Assembly: GCF_006345805.1 (NCBI RefSeq) | Contig: NC_043007.1 | Coordinates: forward strand, 20,460,001-20,524,000 | Length of the DNA: 64,000 nt | Source of the DNA: Octopus sinensis | Lineage: Eukaryota | Direction of reading: 5' to 3' | Part shown: in pieces, positions 25,826-38,201 of the stretch | Layout of the letters: each line of letters starts with the position of its first letter | Position numbering within the stretch: the stretch's first letter is position 1 | The notes under the pieces: generated by a model | What the model was told of the DNA's origin: nothing | What the model saw: only the letters and a program-made list of their open reading frames with translations | Database searches by the model: none | Made by a program: the position numbers and the translations under genes

Positions 25826-26120
25826 TCTATCTATCTATCCACTCAGTCGAAGTCGACTCTCGGTTACTCAATGGATCAGTGTCCTCCAGTCAGTTCTATC
25901 CTGGGCCGCTTCTTTCAGATTGGCTATGTCCATTCTGGTATCACTCTTGATGGTGTCAAGCCAGTGGGTTCTTGGTCTGCCACTGACCATTCCGAGCATG
26001 ATGTCCTTCTCCAGGGATTTTCTCCGCATAATATGACCGAAATATGCCAATCTATGCTTGGTGATCCTAGCTTCTAGCAACATTTTCGGCCTGATCTGCT
26101 TAAGAACTTCTCCATTGGTG
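25826..26120 (-). mobile_element. RTE (BovB-like) LINE 3' end
   Basis: ORF 25868-26083 contains RLAYFGHIMRRKSLEKDIMLG...WLDTIK...AQDRTDWR, followed by a (GATA)n tail. Confidence 0.85.
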
Positions 26121-26961
26121 AGCCTCGCTGTCCAAGTTGATTACATTGTCCAAAATGCTCAACTGGTACTTATTTTATTGACCTCAAAAGGATGAAAAGC
26201 AAAGTCGACCTCAGTGGAATTTGAACTTAGAACATAAAGACTGATGAAATGCTGCTAAGCCTTTTGCCTGGCATGCTAATGATTCTGCCAGCTCACCACT
26301 ATATTCCTGATTCATATTACAAAGCTTTTTTGATGTGGGACTAAGAAAAAAAAAGAATTCATCAAGAAAAATGGTAGGCACAGGAGTGGCTGTGTGGTAA
26401 GTAGCTTGCTAACCAACCACACGGTTCCGGGTTCAGTCCCACTGCGTGGCATCTTGGGCAAGTGTCTTCTGCTATAGCCTTGGGCCGACCAAAGCCTTGT
26501 GAGTGGATTTGGTAGACGGAAACTGAAAGAAGCCTGTTGTATATATGTATGTGTATGTCTGTGTTTACGTCCCCGTAAGTTAGCGGTTCGGCAAAAGAAA
26601 CCGATAGAATAAGTACTGGGCTTACAAAGAATAAGTCCCGGGGTCGATTTGCTTGACCAAAGGCGGTGCTCCAGCATGGCCGCAGTCAAATGACTGAAAC
26701 AAGTAAAAGGATAAAAGAGTAAAGACCATATTTTAAAGTCAAAATCTGAAAAATAAAACTCATTTTATTAACAAATATAGTTGAATTAATTTTATTTCAT
26801 TTTTTTTTTTAGGTAGTATATGTAGTTTGTTTGAATTTATAAAAAGATTATCTTAGCACACGAAACATGTCCCTTGTGAATTAGCTGACAACTCTAGGGA
26901 CAAAATGTAGATGATAAAATATGTTACTGCGAAATATTTGTTACAAAATATTCATGGGTTT

Positions 26962-27170
26962 TCAAACAATCGAAACTTCCGTGAAGTGTTCTGTTGGATT
27001 CAATCCAAAATGTAGAGCAAGTTCATTTTGCCAGGCCCAAGCCATTCGTTCAGTACTAAAATTGACAGCAGCTTGTCCCATTTTATTTAAAACTATGGCT
27101 CCACCACAACCATTGACTCTGTTCAACATAAAATTAATGGCTTCTTTAGCTGCTGCATCCGGATCAAATC
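26962..27170 (-). CDS. ASRGL1: Isoaspartyl peptidase/L-asparaginase, exon 6 (GFDPDAAAKEA...GGAIVL...FSTERMAWA...EVSIV*)
   Basis: TTCTTTTTAG acceptor, phase 1, TGA at 26964-26962, AATAAA on the minus strand at about 26764 and 26791. Confidence 0.92.
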
Positions 27171-27987
27171 CTAAAAAGAAAAATGATAAGAAAGAATTAT
27201 ATCAATTTACAAGATATGGTTCCAGGCTAGAAACGCAAACTGTAAGTGTGGACATATCATAGCCACATATACATTTCTTTACTACCCACAAGGGGCTAAA
27301 CATAGAGGGGGCAGGCAAAGGGATTAAATCGATTACATCGGCCCCAGTGTGAAACTGGTACTTTATTTATCGACCCCGAAAGGATGAAAGGCAAAGTCGA
27401 CCTCGGCGGAATTTGAACTCAGAACATAACGACAGACGAAATACCTATTTCTTTACTACCCACAAGGGGCTAAACACAGAGAGGACAGACAGATGGATTA
27501 TATCGACCCCAGTGCGTAATTGGTACTTATTTAATCGACCCTGAAAGGATGAAAGGCAAAGTCGACCTCGGCGGAATTTGAACTCAGAACATAGAGGCAG
27601 ACGAAATACCTATTTCTTTACTATCCACAAAAGGCTAAACACAGAGAGGACAAACAAGGACAGACAGACAGATTAAGTCGATTATATCGATCCCAGTGTG
27701 TAACTGGTACTTATTTAATCGACCCCGAAAGGATGAAAGGCAAAGTCGACCTCAGCGGAATTTGAACTCAGAACATAGCGACAGACGCTAAATTATTGAT
27801 CCCTATTTGAATGCTAATTGAAGGAATATTCTGCAAAAATATCTAAATATAAATATATCACAAACAAGGAAACTTTTGCAGAGTTTCTTTCACCAGTTAA
27901 AAGTATTATAATTTCTATTACCCAGACACATGGAAAAGAAGGTTTATAACTATCAAAGAATTTAGTAATATGAGATTATTCAATTAC

Positions 27988-28098
27988 CTTGTTCCAAAAG
28001 ATGGATGATATGTTTAGCAAGACATACTTTTGATATGGCTTCTCCATGACCAGTTGTTGAAACAGCACCTATGTTATTATCAGCATATCCACCAGAAC
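27988..28098 (-). CDS. ASRGL1: Isoaspartyl peptidase/L-asparaginase, exon 5 (GSGGYADNNIGAVSTTGHGEAISKVCLA...)
   Basis: TTCCCCAG acceptor and G|GTAATT donor; conserved STTGHGE motif. Confidence 0.93.
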
Positions 28099-28169
28099 CT
28101 GGGGAAATAAATGTTAAATGTGATTGCTTTTTGGACAGAGAGCAGACAAGAATTGTAGATCATTGCATA

Positions 28170-28680
28170 CCGTAAATCTTCGAGTATAATACGCAGAGGA
28201 TTTTTAGGTGGGGGCGTACCTCTGAAATACCTAAATCTTGTGTATAATACGCACCCCTTCTCTAATTTGAGTCGTGTGTACTTAAGCCAGCAGCACCTAG
28301 TCGAACAAACACTTCCGTGCATGCGTAATACAATAATGGCGATGTTCTTAACTGTTATATGGGAATGTAAATATGTTTGCAAATTGTTTTTGTTACATGT
28401 TCTGAATACTGTGTTCTGAATACTTTTATTTTAATAAATATTGCTTACAGCAAGTTATGGATGATTCTTTTATGACTTCATTGCTTTCAGGCTTAGCTTA
28501 AGGTATTTTCATGCCCGACATCCCAAAATGTGCTGGAATAAACATTGCTGGACAACAAATAGAGACTTGGATGTTGCTTAGAAAATAATTTTCATTTTTA
28601 ACCGCGTATATAGTACGCACTAGGGATTTTGACCATTAAACTTTTGGAAAAAAGTGCAGATTATACTCGAGGATTTACGG
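28170..28680. mobile_element. Tc1/mariner-superfamily (pogo/Tc2-like) MITE
   Basis: TIRs CCGTAAATCTTCGAGTATAAT and ATTATACTCGAGGATTTACGG, flanked by TA on both sides. Confidence 0.8.
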
Positions 28681-30553
28681 TATGCAGTTCAGTTTGACAA
28701 ATTAACTTTGTAAGCAATGGTAACAGGTCTGCTAGAAATAGAAGTCAAATTTCAGCCAATTACTAATAAACAGGAAAGGATACATTGGATAATATTGTCT
28801 TGGATATACAAAAAGACATGATGGTCAAGGCCAGAATGTCTTTGATGAGAGCTGAAAAATAACAAAAACAACATCTACCTGTTCAAGATGCACAACATAC
28901 ACTATGCCATATAGAAGAACATAAATAAATATTGGTTTCAAATTTTGGCACAAGGCCAGTAATTTCGAGGAGGGCATAAATTGATTAGATCAACCCCAGT
29001 GCTCAGCTGGTACTTATTTTATTGACCCCCAAAAGAATAAAAGGCAAAGTCAACCTCAACAGAATTTGAACTCAGAACATAAAGACAGATAAAATGTCGC
29101 TGAGTATTTTGCCCAGTACAGTAACCATTCTGCCAGCTCACCACTTCAGCATCATCATCATCATCATTTAACATCCTTTGTCCATGCTGGCATGGGTTGG
29201 ACAGTTTGACCAGGGCTGGAAGGCTGTACCAGACACCAGTCTGATTTGGCATGGTTTTCTATGACTGGATGCCCTTCCTAACGCCAACCACCCAGCAATA
29301 TGTGTGTGTGTGTGTATACATATATAAATATATATACACACACACATGTATGTATATCATCATCATCATCATTTAACGTCCATTGTCCATGCTGGCATGG
29401 GTTGGATGGTTTGACTGGGCTGGCACACTGGAAGGCTGCACTAAGATTAAGTTTGATTTAGCAGGTTTTCTACAGCTGGATGCTCTTCCTAACACCAACC
29501 ATTCCAAGAGTGTAATGGGTGCTCTCACATGCCACCAGCACAGGTGCCACTTGTGAGTCATCGGTATCTGCCACGACTGCAATTTTGCTTGGCTTGATGG
29601 GTGTTCTCAAGAACAGCATAATGCCAAAGGTCTTGGTAATGGTCTCCGTGAGGCCCAACACTTGACAGGAGCTCGGCCATAAATAAATATCGAAACATTA
29701 CATAATTATTAATACAGCTCAGTCTAATGCAATTTTAACATCAGAAACCAAAACTATTAGCATTAATCAACATCACCCTAAATTTTCAGAGGCCTACAAC
29801 TGCTCCATCTGTTCTCAATCAACCCACAGCCCATTTTCTTTATAACGATGAAGTTATGTATTTTTTGCCAAACATCAAGTGTAGGTGTGGCTGTATGGTA
29901 AAAAGCTTGCTTCCCAACCACGTGGTTCTAGGTTCAATCCCACTGCACGGCAGAGAGATCATCTGGGCATGGGATGTGAATGAATATTGTGGGCTGGGTT
30001 GGGAAAAGTAGCGTGTTGTCACCGGAAGGTACTTGCGGACAAGGCAGACATGTGAAGGAGTAGTGAGGTCTGATGAAAGATCAAGACTACATACTGACAA
30101 CAGGCCCGTCCAATTCATGTTAGGATGGCTGTGTGGTAAGTAGCTTGTTTACCAACCACATGGTTCCGGGTTCACTCCCACTGTGTGGCACCTTGGGCAA
30201 GTGTCTTCTACTATAGCCTTGGTAGACGGAAACTGAAAGAAGCCCGTCGTATATATGTATGTGCGTGTATGTTTGTGTGTCTGTGTTTGTCCCCCTAGCA
30301 TTGCTTGTGTGTTTATGTGTAGATGCTGGTGTGTTTATGTCCCCGTCACTTAGCGGTTCGGCAAAAGAGACCGATAGAATAAGTACTGGGCTTACAAAGA
30401 ATAAGTCCCGGGGTCGAGTTGCTCGATTAAAGGCGGAGCTCCAGCATGGCCGCAGTCAAAATGACTGAAACAAGTAAAAAAAAAAAAGAGAAAAATATTA
30501 ACAGAACTTCATGTTAAAATTAATAGAAAAAAATTGAAATTAAGGGACTTTAC

Positions 30554-30675
30554 CTATTATGGGACTGTCGCCAACTCTTCCAAGTCTTTTGGCCGTGATA
30601 CCACCAGTGGATGTACCACATGCGAGATTACCAAACTTATCTAGTGCCACGGCACCGACAGTATTGTGGCCTTCA
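30554..30675 (-). CDS. ASRGL1: Isoaspartyl peptidase/L-asparaginase, exon 4 ([40 protein letters not shown])
   Basis: Contains the Ntn-hydrolase nucleophile Thr (TVGAVA), TSTGG and GRVGDSP motifs. TTTCTTAG acceptor, G|GTAAAG donor. Confidence 0.95.
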
Positions 30676-31396
30676 CTAAGAAACGTAAATTAAACATAAA
30701 TTCAGTGTCAATTCTCATAAATACTAAAAATCATTAATTCTCATTAATTTCTCAAAATCAAAACTAATCATATACTACATAATTTTTCTATACAAAAGAT
30801 ATGAAGGACTTGAACAATTTCATCAGTTCTTCCTTCACACTTTTATTTTTATTTAATCACTTAATGTAATAAAAGGTTATGTTTAATGGGCCAATAAAGA
30901 TGAACAATACAAGCATATAATAACACGTATGAGTGGCTGTGTGGTAAGTAGCTTGCTAACCAACCATATGGTTCCGGGTTCAGTCCCACTGCGTGGCATC
31001 TTGGGCAAGTGTCTTCTGCTATAGCCCTGGGCCGACCAATGCCTTGTGAGTGGATTTGGTAGACGGAAACTGAGAGAAGCCTGTCGTATATATGTATATA
31101 TATATGTATGCGTGTGTTTGTGTGTCTGTGTTTGTCCCCCTGGCATTGCTTGACAACCAATGCTGGTTTGTTTACGTCCCCGTCACTTAGCGGTTCGGCA
31201 AAAGAGACCAATAGAATAGGTACTGGGCTTACAAAGAATAAGTCCCGGGGTCGATTTGCTCGACTAAAGGCGGTGCTCCAGCATGGCCGCAGTCAAATGA
31301 CTGAAACAAGTAAAAGAATAAAAGAAGATATATATATATATATAGCAATAATAAATCTCTGAACGGGATGTAAACAGTAACCGCTCGACAACGTAA

Positions 31397-31525
31397 AGTA
31401 TACTAGCCATCTCAATATGGCACACTTTCTGTGCTCTAAAGCCAGCTGGAGACAATCTCCTGGGGCCAAAAGCTACAGTAACACCCACCCTTAGTGGTTA
31501 GCCATATTGAGATGGCTAGTATACT
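31397..31525. mobile_element. Short MITE with perfect 25-bp TIRs
   Basis: AGTATACTAGCCATCTCAATATGGC (31397-31421) is the exact reverse complement of 31501-31525. Confidence 0.8.
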
Positions 31526-31559
31526 ATATATATATATATAAATATATAAAACATCTTTT

Positions 31560-31678
31560 ATCAATTCAATAATGAAAAATTAAATTATACCATCTAGAAA
31601 ATTACATATATATTTAATCTTTCTATAATATGTAATTTTCTAGAAAGTATAATTTAATTTTTCATTATTGAATTGATA
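31560..31678. repeat. AT-rich foldback palindrome
   Basis: TCAATTCAATAATGAAAAATTAAATTATAC..TCTAGAAAATTACATAT pairs with ATATGTAATTTTCTAGA..GTATAATTTAATTTTTCATTATTGAATTGA. Confidence 0.85.
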
Positions 31679-33067
31679 TATTATATTTTGTGAAATTTGA
31701 TTTAGTATTTCTAAATTGAATTTTTCCCTGTAAGTTTAGAATAATATTCCCTCATATTGTGTATACATATATATATATACACAAAATAAGAAAATGGAGG
31801 AATATATTTAAATCAATCATCAACTACTAGATAATACCAATTCATATAATTTATTAAGTAATTATATAGGAACATCAAGATCAAACATAATAATACAGAA
31901 TAAAACAGTACACTCACACACACATATGTGTGTATAAGGTAGAATGTGGATTTGTCCTTCAACTGGAATATTTCTGACATTGATTACTTCGCTGAGAATT
32001 TACTGGTGTAATTTGGTTTAGATATGAAAAGTTGTATTAGTATATTAAGTGTATGATTAAGTGATAGAATGAAGTTCTACAAATCTAATCGTATTTGTCA
32101 AAAATGGAGGAGATAAGATGTTAAATAGCTGTACGAAGTTTATTCATGCATACGATCGTTTCATACATAGATATAAATTCAGTTTCAGAATTTGTAAATA
32201 TCAAAGTACTCATCAGTGCAGAAAAAAATAAAAACTTTAAAAAAGAGAAAAGTTGGACCTATGTGTTTCATGTCTATTTGTTCCTATCACTATTTGTGTA
32301 ATAGTGATAGGAATTATGTCAATTATTAAACCACAACTAACAGATGAATGGTTAGGGGATGATATAAATACAGAAATATCGATAACTTTCACTACACTCT
32401 CAGAGTGGTTGGCATAAGGAAGGGCATCCAGCTGTAGAAACACTGCCAGATCAGACTGGAGCTTGGTGCAGCCTCCTGGTTTCCCAGACCCCAGTCGAAC
32501 TGTCCAACCCATGTTAGCATGGAAAAATTATAGGGATTTAAGCTCATTGTTACGCATTATTTAGCTTGGACAGTAGATATAACTTCTACGTATACCATCC
32601 CAAATACAGTCATGTACATAGAATTGGAAAAAGAGTAATGTTTAGTTTATATGTATAATACCCGTGCTGGTGACACGTAAAAAGCACCGTCGGAACGTGG
32701 CCGATGCCAGCGCTGCCTGACTGGCGTCCGTGTCGGTGACACGTAAAAGCACCAACCAATCGTGGCCGTTTGCCAGAATGCTCTGGCCCTTGTGCCGGTG
32801 GCACATAAAAAACACCCACTACACTCACGGAGTGGTTGGTGTTAGGAAAGGCGTCCAGCTGTAAAAACATTATCAAATCAGGCTAGAGCCTGGTGCAGCC
32901 TCCATGGCTTACCAGACCCCAGTCGAACCATGCTAGCATGGAAAACGAACGTTAAACGATGATGATGATGATGATGATGAATACATAATACAAATGTTAG
33001 GTTTAAAAATCTGGAGGAAAGTGCATATTAAATGTGAATAAATATGATAACTTAAAAACCAACTTAC

Positions 33068-33237
33068 ACTTGTTTTGATGATTGAAATAGATTTTTGATA
33101 GTGCTCTTAAATTCCATATAGGTTTGCCATTCCTTTTTAGCACTTTCTGTAACTAAAACCTCAGTTGGGACAGTAGATACACCATGCTCTTCAGCAAAAG
33201 CATTAGCTCCTTTACCCACTAACAACACATGATCTGT
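33068..33237 (-). CDS. ASRGL1: Isoaspartyl peptidase/L-asparaginase, exon 3 (TDHVLLVGKGANAFAEEHG...)
   Basis: TTTCACAG acceptor, GT|GTAAGT donor; phase 0 in and phase 2 out, compatible with neighbouring exons. Confidence 0.93.
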
Positions 33238-34434
33238 CTGTGAAATTACGAAGGAAAACAAGACATTACATTAGAACCAGTAATCAACAATAAATTATTG
33301 TGGCTAAAAAACAAACGTGGATGAGATGTAGTGAGAGATGCATGACAAAGTGAAGAGGGAAGAGGAAGAAGTAACAAAACTGAACAGATTAATATTGAAT
33401 ATGACAAGAAAAGGGGATGGTCAAAGATAGGAGAAACCAACTGTAAGAGTATTTGAGAATAAGGAAATAATGTAAGGAGCAAAAGAATAGAATTTTTGAA
33501 AAAGGGACTACATTTTGCAGTGTGGAAGGTGTTTATAAGCCATTTAAAAATTAGATTTGTTTAAATTTAATTTGTCAAAATATTTTTGTCATTTTGAGAC
33601 CGCGACCTGTTCATTGACAAAATTCCATGGTTGTGGTCCCAAAGCGACGAAACTATTTTGACAAATTAAATTTAAATGTTGAAGTGTATCTAACGGTTTT
33701 TGTGTGTTTTTAAATGGCTTATAAACCCCTTCCACACAGCAATTGTTTTTGTTTCAGCACATGATCTCAGATCAGGTCGCTTGCTATGCAAGTACATCTC
33801 CATAATACTACTTTTTGTCTGTGAGCATGACATAGGAAAAAGCTACTAAACACAGCCCTCCCAAGTTTAGATACGGGGAAAAATAATGTAAGGAGCAGAA
33901 GAATAATAGAATATTTTTAAAAGTTACTACTTCTTGTCTGTGGACATGACATAGTAAATGAACTGGAAGAATCTGAGAGGCATCAAATATAATGCCTTCT
34001 AAGGTGGCATGTTGGCAGAATCGTTAGCACACCAGGCAAAATGCTTAGCAACATTTCGTCCACCTTTATGTTTTGAGTTCAAATTCAGCTGAGGTTCACT
34101 TAGTCTTTCATCCTTTCTGGGTCAATAAAATAAGTACCAGTTGCATACTGGAGGAATCGATCTAATTGACTGCCCCCCCCCCACATCTTCCCCCAAAATT
34201 TTGGGCCTTGTGCCTAGAGTAGAAACGAATAAAATAAGTACCAGTTGAGCACTGGGGGTGTTGATGTAATCAATTTATGACCTCCCCCAAAATTGCTGGC
34301 GTTGTGCCAAAATTTCCTTATACCAAGGCAGCAAGTTGGCAGAATCGTTAGCACACCAAGCAAAACACTTAGCAGCATTTCATCCATCTTTACATTCTGA
34401 GTTCAAATTCTGCCAAGGTTGACTTTGCCTTTCA

Positions 34435-34810
34435 TCTCTATATATATAAACAGCAAAATGTCTGTTTGTATGTGTGTGTGTGTGTCCTTTATACAAATCC
34501 ACAATTTTTCAGTTAGAGGGCTCACACTTTCTATGGTCATTCAAAACCGTCCAAGGGTGGTCGTGCACATCTTTACATTTCCACAGTCACCCTGCAAAGC
34601 CATTCAAAAATCAATAGAAGGGACTTTTTTGTGGATTTTCTATCCAAAACCCAATCAAAATGCCCGAAACTTGATACACCAATTGAATGCCAGCTAGCTG
34701 TATGTGATTGGTCGGAGATTTGGACAGTACTCGCGTGTATGTGCACATGCACGCAGCTGTATATGCATGCACTAGCACTATGACCCAGCATTGCTGGGTC
34801 ATAGTGCTAG
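34435..34810 (+). mobile_element. Non-autonomous Helitron nested in a SINE
   Basis: 5' TC(TCTATATATATAAA), 3' CTAG, inserted at A|T within the SINE core GCCTTTCA|T. Terminal palindrome at 34771-34811. Confidence 0.75.
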
Positions 34811-35197
34811 TACTTCATAAAATAGGTACCAGTTAAAAACTAGGGTTGATGTAATCGACTCAAACCCTCCCCTGAAATTGATGGCTTTGTGCTAAAATTT
34901 GAAACCAACATTTCATTACGCTACTGGGTTTTTTTTATATATATTTTAAGCTCAAATCCTTTCAGAGTTGAAAAAGTAAAGTCTCTGTCAAACATTGCAG
35001 TTAACAAAATCAATTATATTCATTTCTAAAAATTTGTAGCCTTGTGTCTATGTCAGGAAAACCAATATATTTAGAATTTTTATAGAACTCAAAAAACAGG
35101 TTTAAATGTTTTTCTAAGACAACCCAATGCTTGTAGAGGGAATTGAATGTACAAACTAAAACATTGCAGATTAGTCTAATATTTAAAAGAATATTAC

Positions 35198-35340
35198 CCT
35201 TTCCATAACAATTTGAGCTAGTTGTATAGGGTTAGCAATGTTCTGCACACAAGCAACGGCACCACTGTTTAGTGCAGAACCTTCCATAATCATAGCATCC
35301 ATTTCAACTTCACCAATGCTGTTAAGCACAGATCCGGTGC
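35198..35340 (-). CDS. ASRGL1: Isoaspartyl peptidase/L-asparaginase, exon 2 ([21 protein letters not shown]...[22 protein letters not shown])
   Basis: TTCATTAG acceptor, AGG|GTAAT donor; conserved G.GSVLN..G.VEMDA.IM motif. Confidence 0.95.
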
Positions 35341-35535
35341 CTAATGAATGAAAGTTAGTAAAAGAACGTGTAAATATGAGAAAATAGCTCAATCTTCTAC
35401 AACACACATGAGTATATAACACTAACTGTAGTCAGTTAATTTAGAGAATTTGATAATGCAGACTATGAAATATTGTAATCAACAGTGAATGTTAAATGTT
35501 CTCTGACTCATGTCTTTATGAAAAATATTTTATCA

Positions 35536-35930
35536 CAAGCAGTATCGCCCGGTGTTGCTTGGGTTTGTTTCGACCCTTTAGAATTGGAATTTTTGAAAAG
35601 TAAAAATTTTGCATTATGTAGCTTGTTATTCTTTTTAAGCGAACATTTTTCTGGTTTGAAATACACCGAAAAATGGCGACACAGCAGTAAAAAAATCGTA
35701 GAAAATAGGGATTTTCATAGAAAAAAAGCACCTTTTTGATGTAAATAATTTTTGGTGCTAACATGGTCTTATTTGAATTTTATCTTCTACAGAATGAAGA
35801 GCAAGCCTTCTTCTATCATACTTTTAATTTTGGTCAACTTGCGCTGCAGGGTCTCGGAGGAGATAGTGTTAGTTGAAGGCTACCAAACCTGCCATACACA
35901 GACAAAACTTCAGCTTTATATATAGAGAGA
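35536..35930 (-). mobile_element. Non-autonomous Helitron (second family, decayed 3' end)
   Basis: The minus strand begins A|TCTCTCTATATATAAAG and ends with hairpin CCCAAGCAACACCGGG followed by CTTG|T (CTAG variant). Confidence 0.6.
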
Positions 35931-36624
35931 TTAAACTATCAAAATTAATTTGCTTGATACTTTAATTCAAGGATGGCAAAGCTTTTTGGTACCAGGAGTG
36001 AATTGTAAATTCGTAAGAAACTGTTGGTGTACATCTGTGGTGATAAAATTGATGTCAAATTTTACCAATTCATAGGAAATACTGCTAATGAGCAAGAAGT
36101 TCTCCAAAATTAGTTTAAATTGAGAATGTATTTTCACCCATCAACTATTGTTTAACCCTTTAGTATTCAGATTATTCTGTGAAATGTAATGCTTATTTAT
36201 TCACATTGCTTCGAGTTAATCATGCAAAGACATTGTAGTATAGAAATTTTGAGGATGTAATTGCTTATTCTTAGAATGACATTGTAGGATAAGTGTGCAA
36301 AGCCAGATCCTGCCAGTTTGAACATAGAACAAGTAGAATATTTGGGCCGGATATGGTCGGTATAAATTACTAAAGGGTTAAATAGATTAAGACAACCTGT
36401 GGCTAAAACAGACTAACAGCAGTGCAGATGAATGCAATATAAATGGAGTTTATAGTGTCTATGAGAAATAGAAATAAAATACATATCTATCCATAAATGG
36501 TGCATTTTGTTGCAACAAATTCTTAACTACAAAAAAACTTATCAACAAAAAGATTTCTGATAGTAACAAATTTAAACAGAGACCGACGTGTTTATGGAGG
36601 AATGGGTTTTAAAAAGTTACATAC

Positions 36625-36820
36625 CAGCATCAAAGACCGGATCATTCTCAAGACTTGTCACAGCAGTCACGACAGCATCTATTGCACTTCCATTTTGCTT
36701 TAGTTTCATAAATCCCAAATTAGCAGCAAGTTTTACTCCTTCTACACTTCTTTCAGACATATCATCAGGTATAGCCCAAGCTCCACCATGGATGGCTATA
36801 ATGGGCTTTATATCATTCAT
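36625..36820 (-). CDS. ASRGL1: Isoaspartyl peptidase/L-asparaginase, first coding exon (MNDIKPIIAIHGGAWAIPD...LENDPVFDA)
   Basis: Family-defining IAIHGGA and LE.DP.F.AG motifs; G|GTATGT donor. The six exons join in frame to 316 aa. Confidence 0.95.
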
Positions 36821-37512
36821 ATTTCAGCCGGTCTCTTCTTGTTTTCTATTTTGCCGGTTTCTTTATTAAAATATTTAAACATGTGTGCTTTAAAAACAAT
36901 ATGTATATATGTGTGTGTATATAAGTAAAGAAATATATTTTCTAAAGTGCATGAAAGGGCCATGGTGCAAGATTGTGTGCAAGTTGCACACAATCTTACA
37001 TAGATAATAAGCCCCAAATACTGGTGAAAAATTTAAGGAGCACTGAAACAAAGACTTCAAAAAACTCCTCTCAGCATGCACTAGTCATATATATGGTAGT
37101 ATTCTTTTCTACTCTAGACACAAAATTTCAAACTTTAGGGGTGGGGGGCAGTCAATTAGTTGACCCCAGTATGCAACTGGTACTTGATTTATTGACCCCT
37201 ACAAAAGGAGGAAAGGCAAAGTTGACCTTGGCAGAATTTGAACTCAAAACATAAAGACAAACGAAATACCGCAAAACATTTCACCCGGTGTGCTAATGTT
37301 TCTTTTTTCTTTACTACCCACAAGGGGCTAAACATAGAACGGACAAACAAGGACAGACAAAGGGATTAAGTTGATTTACATCGACCCCAGTGCGTAACTG
37401 GTACTTAATTTATACACACACACGACAGAGATAAAGAATATGCACACCACCCATTTTCAGTGTAACCCTAACCCTAAACTTAAACACCGGGTGTGCATAT
37501 TCTTTACCTTTT

Positions 37513-37561
<49 letters not shown>

Positions 37562-37961
37562 AATAATTTGAACAAATACGTATAATTCGATTAGTATGTT
37601 TAAATGTTGAGTAGAGCACCGGTATAGTTTAGACTACGCGAGTGCGCGCACCGGGACCACTGTTCTCAAGTAGTAAACCCCTTTCTACCTGTTTTACGTA
37701 AAAGGCTGGGGATGCAAAATTATACAAGGTAAAATAAAATTAAAAAAGCCCGAAATGATTAACGACCCAAAAACTTGCGATCAGAGGCCTTCTCGACTTG
37801 GTGCCAACGTGACCTTTCCGTCCTTTTTTAAATAAAGAAATAACAAAATATATTTACTTACCTGAGTACTTGATGATATTGAATAAAAATAGATTTCTAA
37901 ATATATATGATTATTTGTAAAAACGGACAGTTTTTCTTTTATATTTTAGATATATTTTAAA

Positions 37962-38201
37962 CTAGACGGGGATCTGTGCTGCTTTTGAATGAGTCGAAGG
38001 GTCGTCAAAACAGGTCGAACCAGTTTCTTCTTCGATTTTCTTCTGTATTTTAGCAGCCTTTTTAGCATAAAAGCTTTTCACTCTCTTCAGATAGCTTACA
38101 CGTAAAGTTTTTAATTTGTATCCGACTACAACACCCAAGACAAATGCAACTGAAGCCGCCACAACAATTTCCCTGCCCGTGGCGTGCATTTTGACGAGCA
38201 T
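37962..38201 (-). CDS. MTLN: Mitoregulin-like single-pass mitochondrial microprotein (79 aa from ATG 38201, or 75 aa from ATG 38189)
   Basis: REIVVAASVAFVLGVVVGYKLKTLRVSYLKRVKSFYAKKAAKIQKKIE aligns without gaps to human MTLN as recalled (RTLQLSVLVAFASGVLLGWQANRLRRRYLDWRKRRLQDKLAATQKKLD), 17/48 identical. One hydrophobic helix followed by a basic amphipathic helix. Confidence 0.75.
   Translation of the reverse strand: MLVKMHATGREIVVAASVAFVLGVVVGYKLKTLRVSYLKRVKSFYAKKAAKIQKKIEEETGSTCFDDPSTHSKAAQIPV

Noticed and set aside
37460-37485. TAACCC telomere-like motifs, also at about 40325 and 54440
   Set aside because: Only 2-3 units, embedded in MITE interiors; not telomeric arrays.
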